Positions 20,007 through 29,616 of a stretch of DNA of 60,865 nt are shown piece by piece. The notes beneath the pieces were generated by a model. That model ran no database searches. It was not told the DNA's origin and was given only the letters and a program-made list of their open reading frames with translations. Both the position numbers and the translations under genes were made by a program. How positions within the stretch are numbered: the stretch's first letter is position 1; every line of letters begins with the position of its first letter. This DNA is from Dehalococcoidia bacterium (lineage in GTDB: Bacteria > Chloroflexota > Dehalococcoidia > Lucifugimonadales > UBA3495): positions 1 to 60,865 of the forward strand of contig JASLXV010000093.1 of assembly GCA_030740155.1 (NCBI GenBank), given 5' to 3'.

Positions 20007-21056
20007 GTGGGAGACAAGATAGGAATGATCGGAGTCGGCGCCGTGGGGAGCTACGTGGGCGCCATCTTGACCAAAGAGGGCCACGACCTGACCCTCATCG
20101 ACATGTGGCCCGAGCATGTTGAAACAATGCGGCAGCAGGGCCTCCGGGTTAGCAGCGAAGAGATCAACTTCACCACTCCGGTCAACGCGATGCAATTGAG
20201 CGACGCCCAGGGGATTCGGGAACTCTTCGATTTCGCCATCATCTCGGTCAAGTCATACGATACCGAGTGGGCAACCCACTTCATCAAGCGGTACGTCAAG
20301 CCCGAGGGGTTCTTCCTTTCGATACAGAACTGTTGGAACGACCCGGTCATCGGCGAAATCGTGGGCGCCGACCGGGAAATGGGCAGCGTGGCTTCCTCGA
20401 TCGAGGTGGCATTATGGGAGCCCGGCCACGTGGTGAGGGGAGGCCCGTTGGGCCGGCTTCACGGCCACACTGTGTTCCGGGTTGGGGAGCAGAGCGAGCG
20501 GATAACTCCCCGGTCGGAGAAGGTAGCGAAGCTGCTGGACCAGGTCGACGCGGCCTACGCCTCCGATAATCTGTGGGGCGAACGCTGGGGCAAGCTGTGC
20601 CAGAACTCGATGGGCAACGCCATCTCCGCCATGTCTCAGCTCGGGTCGCAAGATATGGCCCAGGACCCCCGCTGCCGTTTGATACGCATAAACCTGGCCA
20701 AGGAGACGGCCCAGGTGGGCCTGGCCATGGGCCTGAAGGTGGTGGATGCCGGAGGCAAGACGGCCCAGATGTGGTCCGAGGCCGACAAAGGTGACGTGTT
20801 CGAGGAGCTTGACGACCACATGAGCACCCGGGGGGGCCGGACCAATTGGCTGGCCTCCATGGCCCAGGACGTGAAGAAGGGTCGCCGGTCCGAGATCGAC
20901 CAGATGAACGGCCTCGTGGCCCGGAAAGGGCGGGAGCTGTCGATACCCACGCCCTTCACCGACGCCGTGATCGATGCCATGCACGGCATCGACGACGGGT
21001 CGCTCACCCCTGGTCCGTCCAACGTGGACCGGGTCCTCAAGGCAGCCGGCCGGTAG
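20007..21056 (+). CDS. Ketopantoate reductase (ApbA/PanE) family oxidoreductase
   Basis: GVGAVG, VKSYDT, QN, WGKL, SMAQDV..GRRSEID..NG; AGGAGG RBS before GTG 20007. Confidence 0.85.
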   Translation: MGDKIGMIGVGAVGSYVGAILTKEGHDLTLIDMWPEHVETMRQQGLRVSSEEINFTTPVNAMQLSDAQGIRELFDFAIISVKSYDTEWATHFIKRYVKPEGFFLSIQNCWNDPVIGEIVGADREMGSVASSIEVALWEPGHVVRGGPLGRLHGHTVFRVGEQSERITPRSEKVAKLLDQVDAAYASDNLWGERWGKLCQNSMGNAISAMSQLGSQDMAQDPRCRLIRINLAKETAQVGLAMGLKVVDAGGKTAQMWSEADKGDVFEELDDHMSTRGGRTNWLASMAQDVKKGRRSEIDQMNGLVARKGRELSIPTPFTDAVIDAMHGIDDGSLTPGPSNVDRVLKAAGR

Positions 21057-21249
21057 GGGCCGGCACGCCATCTTCCGAGGCTGGTGAATCTGGCGGACCG
21101 GAGGGGTTGCCCGGCGTTGACGAGGCCCACCCAGCCGGCTCTCCGTCGGGTGATGGGGATTGAATCTGCTCCTCCGTCCTGCCGAGCCGGCTCTCGTAGC
21201 TTCTGGGACCGGAGTCCCCTTTGGTGATTGGGGATGACGGCGAGTTAAG

Positions 21250-21323
21250 TGGAGCGGGCGATGGGAATCGAACCCACATGACCAGCTTGGAAGGCTGGAG
21301 CTCTACCACTGAGCTACGCCCGC
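21250..21323 (-). tRNA. tRNA-Gly(TCC)
   Basis: Reverse complement GCGGGCGTAGCTCAGTGGTAGAGC...CCAGC-CTTCCAA-GCTGG...GGTTCGATTCC...GCTCCA with encoded CCA. Confidence 0.97.
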
Positions 21324-21344
21324 TTGTGCGGAAGGTACCGCCCA

Positions 21345-21374
21345 ATTATAGACCGTAGCGGAACCCCTTGTCAG
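21345..21374 (-). promoter_or_regulatory. Sigma70-type promoter of tRNA-Gly
   Basis: Minus strand CTGACA, 18 nt spacer, TATAAT, ending about 20 nt before the tRNA. Confidence 0.6.
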
Positions 21375-21426
21375 CCGGGCTGCAAAACCGGTTAGGCCTC
21401 ACCCGGCCCAGGCTGCGCCAGGGCAT

Positions 21427-21460
21427 CCCTCTCCATTGGGAGAGGGAACGAGGGTGAGGG
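21427..21460. repeat. REP-like palindrome (CCCTCTCC..GGGAGAGGG...GGGTGAGGG family)
   Basis: ccctctccattgggagagggaacgagggtgaggg. Confidence 0.55.
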
Positions 21461-21521
21461 CAACCGTGTCCAATTCTTCGTCTTTTAGGACAGGGGACGC
21501 CACGAAAGTGGTGTCCCCTCG

Positions 21522-21622
21522 GTCTTTCCGGCGAAGGCCGGAACCCAGGGATGCAGGATTCTCCGTGACGTTCGCCCTGGTGAGGCAGGGTGCGCCTGGA
21601 TTCCGGCCTTCGCCGGAATGAC
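21522..21622. repeat. REP-like inverted doublet (GTCATTCCGGCGAAGGCCGGAATCC family)
   Basis: gtctttccggcgaaggccggaacccagg (21522-21549) is inverted against cctggattccggccttcgccggaatgac (21595-21622). Confidence 0.8.
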
Positions 21623-21774
21623 GGGGTGAATGGAGGGAACGGGCTCCTGTATTCAGGAAATGCTCCGCCGGTTGACGCCGGGAGTTGACTTTCAGAGCTT
21701 CAGGGCCAACATTGTCGGGGGGACATGCCTCCGATGCGTCAGCGCGGCCCAGCCATATCAAAGTATGGAGGAAT

Positions 21775-22167
21775 ATGATGGATGTCATCAGACGAGACCA
21801 CTCGAACATAGCTCTTGCCGGCCCCACCTATAGTAGAAGCGTCCGTACCGGGAGTTGGCTGTTCATCTCCGGCTGTACCGCCCGGGGCACCGAGGCTCAA
21901 GGCAAACCGTTGATGGAGCAGCTGCGGGTCACCATCGACCGGATCACGCGCATCGTCGCCGCAGAAGGGGGCACACCCTCCGGCATCGTCAAGACCACCA
22001 CCTTCGTGACCAGCATCGCGGACTGGCGCGCCAATGCCGCGGAACAGCAAGCCCTGTTCGAAGAGTTTTTCAAGGGAGAGTATCCCGCCAACACCCTGGT
22101 GGAGATTACGGCGCTGGCGCAGCCGGGGCTTGACGTGGAGATAGAGGCAACGGTGGTCCTGGACTGA
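21775..22167 (+). CDS. RidA/YjgF-family protein (lacks the catalytic Arg)
   Basis: YSRSVR.G..LFISG, YPANTLVE..LA.PGLDVEIEA; GGAGG RBS. Confidence 0.85.
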   Translation: MMDVIRRDHSNIALAGPTYSRSVRTGSWLFISGCTARGTEAQGKPLMEQLRVTIDRITRIVAAEGGTPSGIVKTTTFVTSIADWRANAAEQQALFEEFFKGEYPANTLVEITALAQPGLDVEIEATVVLD

Positions 22168-22252
22168 TACGCGCGCCGGCGCACCTTGCGCCCCGCGGCC
22201 GCATCATAATAGTTGTTCCACACATTCTCACCACCTTGGATGTCGCGGGCGG

Positions 22253-23380
22253 GTGTCGCTCTTGGGAAAATTGGCTGGCAGATCAGGTTTCGTTATCGTC
22301 GTCCTGTTGGCGGGATTGCTGATGGCGGTGGGGTTCGTGCCGCAGGTACGGCAACTCTGGTTGCAGCTGCGGGCCGACGAGGTGACGGTATCCCAGCCTT
22401 CCGTCCATGGGGGACAAAGCGGGACGGACACGTTGGACCTGAAAATAATCTCGATCCTGGGGAAAGACGGGATACCGGCCATCCTGGACCCGGAGTTCGT
22501 GAGCGTGCGAGCGGGCGATGTTCAGATGCTGCCCAACGAGCGGGTCATCGGAGTATCCATCAACGGGGACCACCGGGCCTATCCGCTGAACCTGCTGAGC
22601 CGGCATGAAATCGTTAACGATACGGTCGGGGGCGCGCCCGTCGCGGTGACCTGGTGACCCCTCTGCTTCACGGGCATTGTATATGCCCGAGAGATAGGAG
22701 ACAGAACCCACACCTTCGGCGTTTCCGGCAAGCTCATCATGAACGCGCTGGTGATGTACGACCACCAGACGGACACCCTGTGGAGCCAGTTCCTGAGCCG
22801 GGGCGTCAAAGGGCCTCTGGTCGGCACGGAATTGGAGATCGTTCCCGCCGTTCAGACCACCTGGCTCCAGTGGCTCCAGTTGCATCCCGACACCGTGGTC
22901 CTGGACAAGAGGGGCCGGTACCAATCGGACACCTACGAAGGGTATTACCGGGGTGGCTCCGCCGGAATCCTGGGCGAGTCCAACAAGGACAAACGCTTGC
23001 CCCGGAAGGACCTGGTGTTGGGAGTGGCCGTGGCCGGCGCCGCCAAGGCCTATCCCTTCACCGCAATCGCCAAAGAGATGGTGATCAACGACTTCTTCTC
23101 CGGCAGGAACGTTCTGGTGACCTTCGATCCGGTCTCGGAGACGGGGGCGATATTCGACCGGAAGGCCGGAGACCGCACCCTGACCTTCAGTTTCCTGTCG
23201 GAAAACGACGACGGCGTGTCATTGATGCGGGACCAAGAAACTAAAAGCACCTGGCAGGTCGTTACAGGGAGGGCTGTCGAGGGCCCCCTGGCGGGATCGT
23301 CGCTGGAGCGGTTGCCGTCCCATTACTCCTTCTGGTTCGCCTGGGGCGACTTCCATCCGGACACGGAGCTGTATGGGTGA
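22253..23380 (+). CDS. DUF3179-family selenoprotein (Sec at the in-frame TGA 22655-22657; UxxC motif)
   Basis: ORFs 22253-22657 and 22739-23380 are in the same frame; read-through gives HEIVND..GG.PVAVTW-U-PLCFTG...FGVSGKL..NALVMYD..T.TLWSQ...FWFAW.DFHPDT. Confidence 0.85.
22658..22693 (+). promoter_or_regulatory. Bacterial SECIS-like hairpin
   Basis: CGGGCAT/ATGCCCG 7-bp stem (22671-22689) with a UGUAU loop starting 20 nt after the UGA. Confidence 0.65.
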
Positions 23381-23463
23381 GTTACCTGCAAAGCGAGGCC
23401 TGGCTAATCGACGGCTATCCGCCAATATCCGAGCAATAAATCAAGGCCCTAGGAGGTTTAACG

Positions 23464-24240
23464 ATGCCTGATGCCGCCCATACCGAAGACTTTTCGAACG
23501 TCGGACGACAGTACAGATTTGAGCATCTAGCTTTGCCAGTGATCATGAAAGACATGTACTTCAGCAAAGATGATCCCAGTCCGGGCGACCGAGTGCCGAG
23601 TTTCGACCTACCGACCCTGGAGGGAGGCCGCTTTCGGTCCACCGATCTCGGCGAAACCGGTCCGGCATTGCTGATTTTTGGCTCCTATACCTGTCCGGTG
23701 ACCGACGGCGCGGCCCCCGGGCTGAGAGAGCTTCACGGGCGCTTTGGCGACCGCGTTCGCTTCGTGATGGTGGATGTCCGTGAAGCGCACCCCGGGAAGG
23801 AAGTGCCGCAGCCTCAAACCTTCGACCAGAAAATGGTGCACGCTCAACTGCTGCGCGACTTCCATGGCTTCAGCTTCGAGGTGGCGGTTGACGACATCGA
23901 CGGCACTTTCCACCGGGCCATGAGCCCAAAGCCCAACTCCGCCTACGTTCTGGGAAAGGATGGAACAGTCCTATTTCGCGCTCAATGGGCCAATGACACG
24001 GAAGCATTGGCCTCGGTGCTAACTGCTATCGCGGCCGGCCAGTCTCCGAGCCGCACCCGGAGCGGCGGTTTGGTTCGACCCATACTTCGATTCATGCGTT
24101 ACATAGCTCCGGTTCTCGACCGGGCGGGAGGCGGCGCCTGGCGCGAGATGTGGCGCGTGGCGCCCCCCATGGCCGCTTTGGCGTTTGTACTCAAGTCTTT
24201 CCGGGTCCGCGCGAAGAAGCTCGACGCACGGGAGGCCTGA
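23464..24240 (+). CDS. Iodothyronine-deiodinase-like thioredoxin-fold protein (Cys form)
   Basis: PGDRVPSFDL, LLIFGSYTCP, VDVREAHP, VDDIDG, PNSAY; AGGAGG RBS. Confidence 0.7.
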   Translation: MPDAAHTEDFSNVGRQYRFEHLALPVIMKDMYFSKDDPSPGDRVPSFDLPTLEGGRFRSTDLGETGPALLIFGSYTCPVTDGAAPGLRELHGRFGDRVRFVMVDVREAHPGKEVPQPQTFDQKMVHAQLLRDFHGFSFEVAVDDIDGTFHRAMSPKPNSAYVLGKDGTVLFRAQWANDTEALASVLTAIAAGQSPSRTRSGGLVRPILRFMRYIAPVLDRAGGGAWREMWRVAPPMAALAFVLKSFRVRAKKLDAREA

Positions 24241-24345
24241 GGTTGTGGTTCGCCACGATGGTTCGAGGGACGCTGCCCCTCGGCGACCGCGTCGCGGGTG
24301 ATAACTCTACCGTGGGCGACATCCTCTAGACCGAACTTCCCAAGG

Positions 24346-25047
24346 CTATCTCCGATACAACCCAAAAGACGAGCAGTCCCTTTCACGATCTTCGTAGCAT
24401 ATGAGTGGCATCCCCGTAGCATTGGCGATGGCGATTGCAAGCTTGCGGCTGTAATACTCGGAGCCGTCGTACACATGGAAGGTCGTTCCATCTTTTTTCA
24501 TTATCTCGACGCGTGTGGAAACAATAGGACTTGTAGCGTCAGTGCCTCCCTCGTGGTATTGATATTCGATGTGTCCAATCTGATCCAACTTAACCATCCT
24601 GACTTCAGAACGCCTCAGCAGGAAATGTTCTTCTTTACTCAAGACCCCGGCGGTGTTATCTACGATGTACTGTGTATTACGCGGCATGAAATAGGATACA
24701 GCACCTACACCACCCATGGAGAGCAGAATAAAACACAAACAAGCGCCTACCAATAATGGTCTGAGGGGAGCCTGACCCTTTTCCCTTAGTATTGTGCAAT
24801 AGAGCAGGTAAGCCATAAGCCAAAACAATGAACCAAATACAAGGGTAATGGCGAACGCCCCGTAAATCGTCGCCCATGTATAACCGCGCGCGTGTAATAA
24901 TTCGATTGCCCCCGGAGGTGGATTAGTAGTGTGGATGAACCACCACGGTGCGGAAATCCAGAACACCAACGCTCCCAAATACAGCACGGCGCTCACAAGA
25001 ACCACGGCGTATACCCAAAAGGGGGGGAAGGCTTCAGGCTTCTGCAT
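24346..25047 (-). CDS. Hypothetical membrane protein (3 TM plus soluble C-terminal domain), AT-richer than its neighbours
   Basis: Uninterrupted ORF with three hydrophobic helices; no recognised motif. Confidence 0.6.
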   Translation of the reverse strand: MQKPEAFPPFWVYAVVLVSAVLYLGALVFWISAPWWFIHTTNPPPGAIELLHARGYTWATIYGAFAITLVFGSLFWLMAYLLYCTILREKGQAPLRPLLVGACLCFILLSMGGVGAVSYFMPRNTQYIVDNTAGVLSKEEHFLLRRSEVRMVKLDQIGHIEYQYHEGGTDATSPIVSTRVEIMKKDGTTFHVYDGSEYYSRKLAIAIANATGMPLICYEDRERDCSSFGLYRR

Positions 25048-25307
25048 AATCCATCGATTCCCCAGTTGCAACTAGCATTCCCTGGTCAAACCAGCAACCG
25101 CAGGCGTTGACGCACGCCCGGTCTGTTCACAAGCGGGCCTCTCGAATGTGCCCATTCTAGCGACACCCTAGCCACGTCGCAACCAGCATCTTTCACCGCG
25201 CTTGAGCGCCTCCCCTCCACGGCGTACAATTGGTTGAGGCTTCAGGCTGTACCCTACCAACCGGTACCCCTCCAGCCGGTGGAAGGACGCCTGTCCGGGA
25301 GATGCCG

Positions 25308-26969
25308 ATGCCAAGCAACAGTAAGAAGCAGTGGCTCGAGAAAACCCTCGGCCCCGCAATCAAGAAGTTCCCGGAGCGACAGGAGGAGTTCCTCACCGAC
25401 AGCGGGCTCTCGATCGATCCCCTGTATGCCCCGGAGGACCTGGCCGCCCAAGACCTCGACTATAACCGGGAGTTGGGCTACCCGGGGGAGTACCCGTACA
25501 CTCGGGGCGTGCAGCCGAACACCTACCGGGGCCGAGTCTGGACCATGCGCCAGTATGCCGGCTACGCCACCGCCGCCGATACCAACCAGCGGTACCGCTA
25601 CCTGTTGGAGCAAGGGCAGACCGGGCTTTCGGTGGCCTTCGACCTGCCGACCCAGATCGGCTACGACTCGGACCACCCTCTGGCCAAGGGCGAAGCGGGC
25701 AAGGTGGGCGTGCCGATTTGCAGCGTTGAAGATATGGAGGTCATGTTCGAGGGCATCCCGTTGGACCGGGTCAGCACCTCCATGACCATCAATGCCACGG
25801 CCTCCATCCTCCTGTGCTTCTATATCGCCGCAGCCAAGCGGCAGGGGGTTTCCCCGGAAAAGCTGAGCGGCACCATCCAGAACGACATTCTCAAGGAATA
25901 CATCGCCCGCGGGACCTATGCCTACCCGCCGCGGCCCTCGATGCGGCTGGTGGTGGACGTGTTCAAGTACTGCGCGGAAAATGTTCCCCGCTGGAACACC
26001 ATCAGCATCAGCGGGTACCACATGCGGGAGGCCGGCGCCACCGCCGTCCAGGAGCTGGCCTTCACCTTCGCCAATGCCATCGCCTACGTTCAGGCCGCCC
26101 TCGATGCCGGTTTGGACGTGGATGGGTTCGCCCCTCGGGTTTCCTTCTTTTTCGTGGCCCAGAACAACCTGTTCGAGGAGGTGGCCAAGTTCCGCGCCGC
26201 CCGCCGGATGTGGGCCAAGATCATGAAGGAGCGCTTCGGCGCCAAGGACCCCCGGTCGATGATGCTCCGGTTCCACACCCAGACCGCCGGGGTGAGCCTC
26301 ACCGCCCAGCAGCCGGACAACAACCTGATCCGCTGCACCATCCAGGCCCTGGCCGCCGTCCTGGGAGGCTCCCAGTCGCTGCACGTGAACTCTCGAGACG
26401 AGGCGCTGGCCCTGCCCTCGGAGGAGTCGGTGCAGCTCTCCCTGCGGACCCAGCAGATTCTGGCCCACGAAAGCGGCACGGCGGACGTCGTGGACCCGCT
26501 GGGCGGTTCCTACTACGTTGAGAGTTTGACTAACCAGTTGGGAAAAGAGGCCCTTCATTACATCGACCGGATCGAGCAGTTGGGCGGCGCCGTCTCCGCC
26601 ATCGAGGAGGGGTTCCAAGTCCAGGAGATCGGAGAGGCTGCCTACCGGCACCGCCAAGAAGTGGAGTCCGGCTCACGCACCATTGTCGGAGTCAACCGGT
26701 TTGTCACCGACGAGCCACCCGTGGCGGGACTGCTGCGGGTGGACGCGGCGGCGGCCCTGCAGCAGACGCAGCGGTTGCAGCGCCTCCGCGAAGAGCGGGA
26801 CGGCGCCCAGGTGAAAGCAGCGCTCGCCCGGCTGGACGAGGTAGCCAGAGGCACCGGCAACACGGTGCCGGTGATTCTGGAATGCGTGGAGAGCTACTGC
26901 ACCCTGGGCGAGATTTGCCAGGTCTTCCGAGACGTGTTCGGCGAGCAGCAGGAGATTGTGGCCTTCTGA
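25308..26969 (+). CDS. Methylmalonyl-CoA mutase, large (substrate-binding) subunit
   Basis: [51 protein letters not shown]; Tyr and Arg specificity residues of MCM type. Confidence 0.93.
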   Translation: MPSNSKKQWLEKTLGPAIKKFPERQEEFLTDSGLSIDPLYAPEDLAAQDLDYNRELGYPGEYPYTRGVQPNTYRGRVWTMRQYAGYATAADTNQRYRYLLEQGQTGLSVAFDLPTQIGYDSDHPLAKGEAGKVGVPICSVEDMEVMFEGIPLDRVSTSMTINATASILLCFYIAAAKRQGVSPEKLSGTIQNDILKEYIARGTYAYPPRPSMRLVVDVFKYCAENVPRWNTISISGYHMREAGATAVQELAFTFANAIAYVQAALDAGLDVDGFAPRVSFFFVAQNNLFEEVAKFRAARRMWAKIMKERFGAKDPRSMMLRFHTQTAGVSLTAQQPDNNLIRCTIQALAAVLGGSQSLHVNSRDEALALPSEESVQLSLRTQQILAHESGTADVVDPLGGSYYVESLTNQLGKEALHYIDRIEQLGGAVSAIEEGFQVQEIGEAAYRHRQEVESGSRTIVGVNRFVTDEPPVAGLLRVDAAAALQQTQRLQRLREERDGAQVKAALARLDEVARGTGNTVPVILECVESYCTLGEICQVFRDVFGEQQEIVAF

Positions 26970-27050
26970 TGGGGAAGTAGCTGGATTGGGGATGGCCCTT
27001 CTCCGGGTGAATTACATTTAGTTCTGTCTGGACAATAGGAGGCGTGGATC

Positions 27051-28205
27051 GTGGCAGATCTGATACTTTCCGAAGCGGAGCAGATGCTCCAGACCATGGT
27101 GCGGGATTTCGCCGACCGGGAGTTGGCGCCCCGGGCCCGCGAGGCGGACGAGAAGGAAGAGTTCTCCTGGGAGAACTGGAAGGGAATGGCCCAGCTGGGG
27201 CTGACCGGCATCGGTATCGACCCGAAGTACGGCGGCAGCGGCGGCGCCTACCGGAACATGGTCATTGTCGCCGGCGAGGTGGCCAGGGGCGATGCCTCCG
27301 CCGGCGTAACCCTGATCTCTCACCTCTCCCTGGGCACCACCACCATATTTCGCTTCGCCAACGAAGAGCAGCGCCAGCGTCTGGTCCCGTCCCTGGCTTC
27401 GGGGAAAGGTGTCGCGGCCTGGGCCCTCACCGAACCCGGCGGTGGCTCCGACGCCGCCGCGTTGCAGACCACGGCCGTCAAGCGAGACGGCACCTACTTC
27501 CTCACCGGCAGCAAGATGTTTATCACCAACGCCGCCGAGGCCGAATCCATTGTGGTCTTCGCCACTCAGGACCCCGCCATGGGTCACAAGGGCATCAGCG
27601 CCTTCGTGGTCCCGGGGAATGCCCCGGGCCTGGAGATCAATCCCTTGCACGGGAAGATGGGGATGCGGGGCTCCAGCACCAACGAGGTTGTGATGCGGGA
27701 CACCCCGGTGCCGGCGGAGAACCTGTTGGGCGAAGAGGGACGGGGGTTTCGCTACGCCATGGAGATTCTGGACTCCAGCAGGATCATCATCGCCGCCCAA
27801 TGCGTTGGCATCGGCCAGTCGGCCCTGGAAGCCGCGTTGCGTTACGCCCAGCAACGGGAGGCCTTCGGGCGTCCCATCGCCAAGCTCCAGGCCATCCAGT
27901 TCATGCTGGCGGATATGGCCACCGAGGTACACGCCTCCCGGGTTGTCACGATGAACGCGGCTACGTTGAAAGACGACGGCCTTCCCTTCGCGGACCAAGC
28001 GTCGATGGCCAAACTCATGGCCTCGGAAATGTGCGTTAAGGTGTCTTCGCAAGCTCTGCAGGTGCACGGCGGCTACGGCTACTTCAAGGACTCGCCCGTG
28101 GAGCGCATTTTCCGGGATGCTCGAGTCACCACCATTTACGAGGGGACGTCGGAGATCCAGCGGCTGGTGATTGCCCGGCAGGTGCTGGCTAAATATCCCC
28201 TGTAG
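27051..28205 (+). CDS. Acyl-CoA dehydrogenase
   Basis: ALTEPGGGSD, GSKMFITN, KMGMRGS, REAFGRPI, QVHGGYGY, IYEGTSEIQR. Confidence 0.93.
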   Translation: MADLILSEAEQMLQTMVRDFADRELAPRAREADEKEEFSWENWKGMAQLGLTGIGIDPKYGGSGGAYRNMVIVAGEVARGDASAGVTLISHLSLGTTTIFRFANEEQRQRLVPSLASGKGVAAWALTEPGGGSDAAALQTTAVKRDGTYFLTGSKMFITNAAEAESIVVFATQDPAMGHKGISAFVVPGNAPGLEINPLHGKMGMRGSSTNEVVMRDTPVPAENLLGEEGRGFRYAMEILDSSRIIIAAQCVGIGQSALEAALRYAQQREAFGRPIAKLQAIQFMLADMATEVHASRVVTMNAATLKDDGLPFADQASMAKLMASEMCVKVSSQALQVHGGYGYFKDSPVERIFRDARVTTIYEGTSEIQRLVIARQVLAKYPL

Positions 28206-28423
28206 ACGGCAGCGGCGGAATGCCGGTGTTAGAATCTGCCACAGCCTATGGCTCGAATCTAGTAAACTGAGCGCGGCCTCCCACGCTGGGCGGGGGTGGA
28301 GAACGGGTTGAGGTTGATCCTCCCGAACCAGACCAACCCAGCCGGCATGTTAGGTCATCCTGGGATTCGAGTGAGCCATCACGGGGAAGCTGCTGGGCCT
28401 GTGCCCGAGGAGGCGACCGGAAA

Positions 28424-28840
28424 GTGACCGAGATTTGCAGCGTGAAATACATTGATCACGTGGGCGTGGCCGTCAAGAACATCGGAGCGGCCTTGGCCCT
28501 TTTCCAGGAGGTCTTCGGCGCTCCTCCCGCCACGGTGAAAGAACTGCCCGATCAAGGAGCCAGGGGCACCCTGATTCAGATCGGGCAGACCCGGCTGGAG
28601 CTACTGGAGCCTCTGGGCCGTGACACGCCGATCGGGCGCTTCATCGAGCGCCGGGGCGAAGGGTTGCACCACCTGGCCTTTAACGTGTCTGATCTGGCGG
28701 GCAAGCTTGCGGCCCTGGAGGGTCTGGGCATCCGTCTCGTGGACCGGGAACCCCGGGAAGGGTTGTCCGGCGACATCGCCTTCATCCATCCCCGGTCGGT
28801 CTTCGGAATCCTCACCGAATTGGTGGAAAACCGCGAATAG
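28424..28840 (+). CDS. mce: Methylmalonyl-CoA epimerase
   Basis: IDHVGVAV, LELLEP, GEGLHHLAF, IAFIHP..FGILTELVE; located in the mutase cluster. Confidence 0.9.
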   Translation: MTEICSVKYIDHVGVAVKNIGAALALFQEVFGAPPATVKELPDQGARGTLIQIGQTRLELLEPLGRDTPIGRFIERRGEGLHHLAFNVSDLAGKLAALEGLGIRLVDREPREGLSGDIAFIHPRSVFGILTELVENRE

Positions 28841-29041
28841 CCACGCCGGGAAAGACCGGGAATCGAGCCTGCCTCCCGGCATTTTCTCCTCTCACCTGGC
28901 GGTCCGGGTCCCGGTGGGGAATGTTGGCCCCTCGCGGGGGCCGTGGCTGAACCGCTGAACTGGGAAACCGGCGCCGATGGCCCTCTGTGCCGGGGGCTTG
29001 TGTTAGATGAACAGACATGATACTAATTATCGGGGCATTTA

Positions 29042-29458
29042 ATGACGAGCAAGAGCCGAACCATCCGAGTTCTGGTGGCCAAGCCGGGCTTGGACGGCCA
29101 CGACAGGGGCGCCAAGGTGGTTGCCCGGGCACTGAGAGACGCTGGGATGGAGGTGATTTACACCGGTATCCGTCAGACGTCTCAGATGATAGTGCAGGCC
29201 GCCGCCCAAGAGGACGCCGATGTGGTCGGCATGAGCATTCTGTCCGGCGCCCATCTGGAAATCCTGCCCGAGATCATGCGTCTGCTGAAGGAAAGAGGGA
29301 TGGAAGATGTGGTGGTGGTGGTGGGCGGCATTATCCCGGAGGCCGACCGGCAGGCCCTCACCGATCTGGGCGTGGCGGGCATGTTTGGGCCTGGCACATC
29401 CACCAGCACGATAGTAGAATTCATCGAAGGCGCCGTGGGGGAGCGCGCTAGTTTGTAG
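29042..29458 (+). CDS. Methylmalonyl-CoA mutase small, cobalamin-binding subunit
   Basis: KPGLDGHDRG (DxHxxG), SILSGAH, VGGIIP, FGPGT. Confidence 0.93.
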   Translation: MTSKSRTIRVLVAKPGLDGHDRGAKVVARALRDAGMEVIYTGIRQTSQMIVQAAAQEDADVVGMSILSGAHLEILPEIMRLLKERGMEDVVVVVGGIIPEADRQALTDLGVAGMFGPGTSTSTIVEFIEGAVGERASL

Positions 29459-29528
29459 CCCGCCGGTTTCCGTCATCAAGGATTCCACGAATCCATAAAT
29501 TGCGGAAATCCACGGGTGTCTTCCGCTT

Positions 29529-29580
29529 TAGGCCTTGACATTGTAGGCCTTGACATTGTAGGTATAAACACTCATATAAT
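29529..29580 (+). promoter_or_regulatory. Promoter of yceD-rpmF with a 15-bp tandem duplication carrying TTGACA
   Basis: taggccttgacattg occurs twice (29529-29558); TATAAT at 29575-29580. Confidence 0.6.
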
Positions 29581-29616
29581 TACCACCGGTCTATGAAATT
29601 AGTAGGCTGAGAATTT

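Noticed and set aside
21130..21250. Genomic island integrated at tRNA-Gly
   Set aside because: No integrase and no duplicated tRNA 3' end were found by eye in the window.
25308..26969. Isobutyryl-, 2-hydroxyisobutyryl- or ethylmalonyl-CoA mutase
   Set aside because: RQYAG and EYIARG carry the Tyr/Arg pair typical of methylmalonyl-CoA mutase, and mce is adjacent.
28370..28400. Cobalamin riboswitch (gccatc...ggggaag resembles part of the B12 element)
   Set aside because: The upstream AGGGAA/CGGUG/GCAACUGU and downstream AGACCUGCC blocks are missing.
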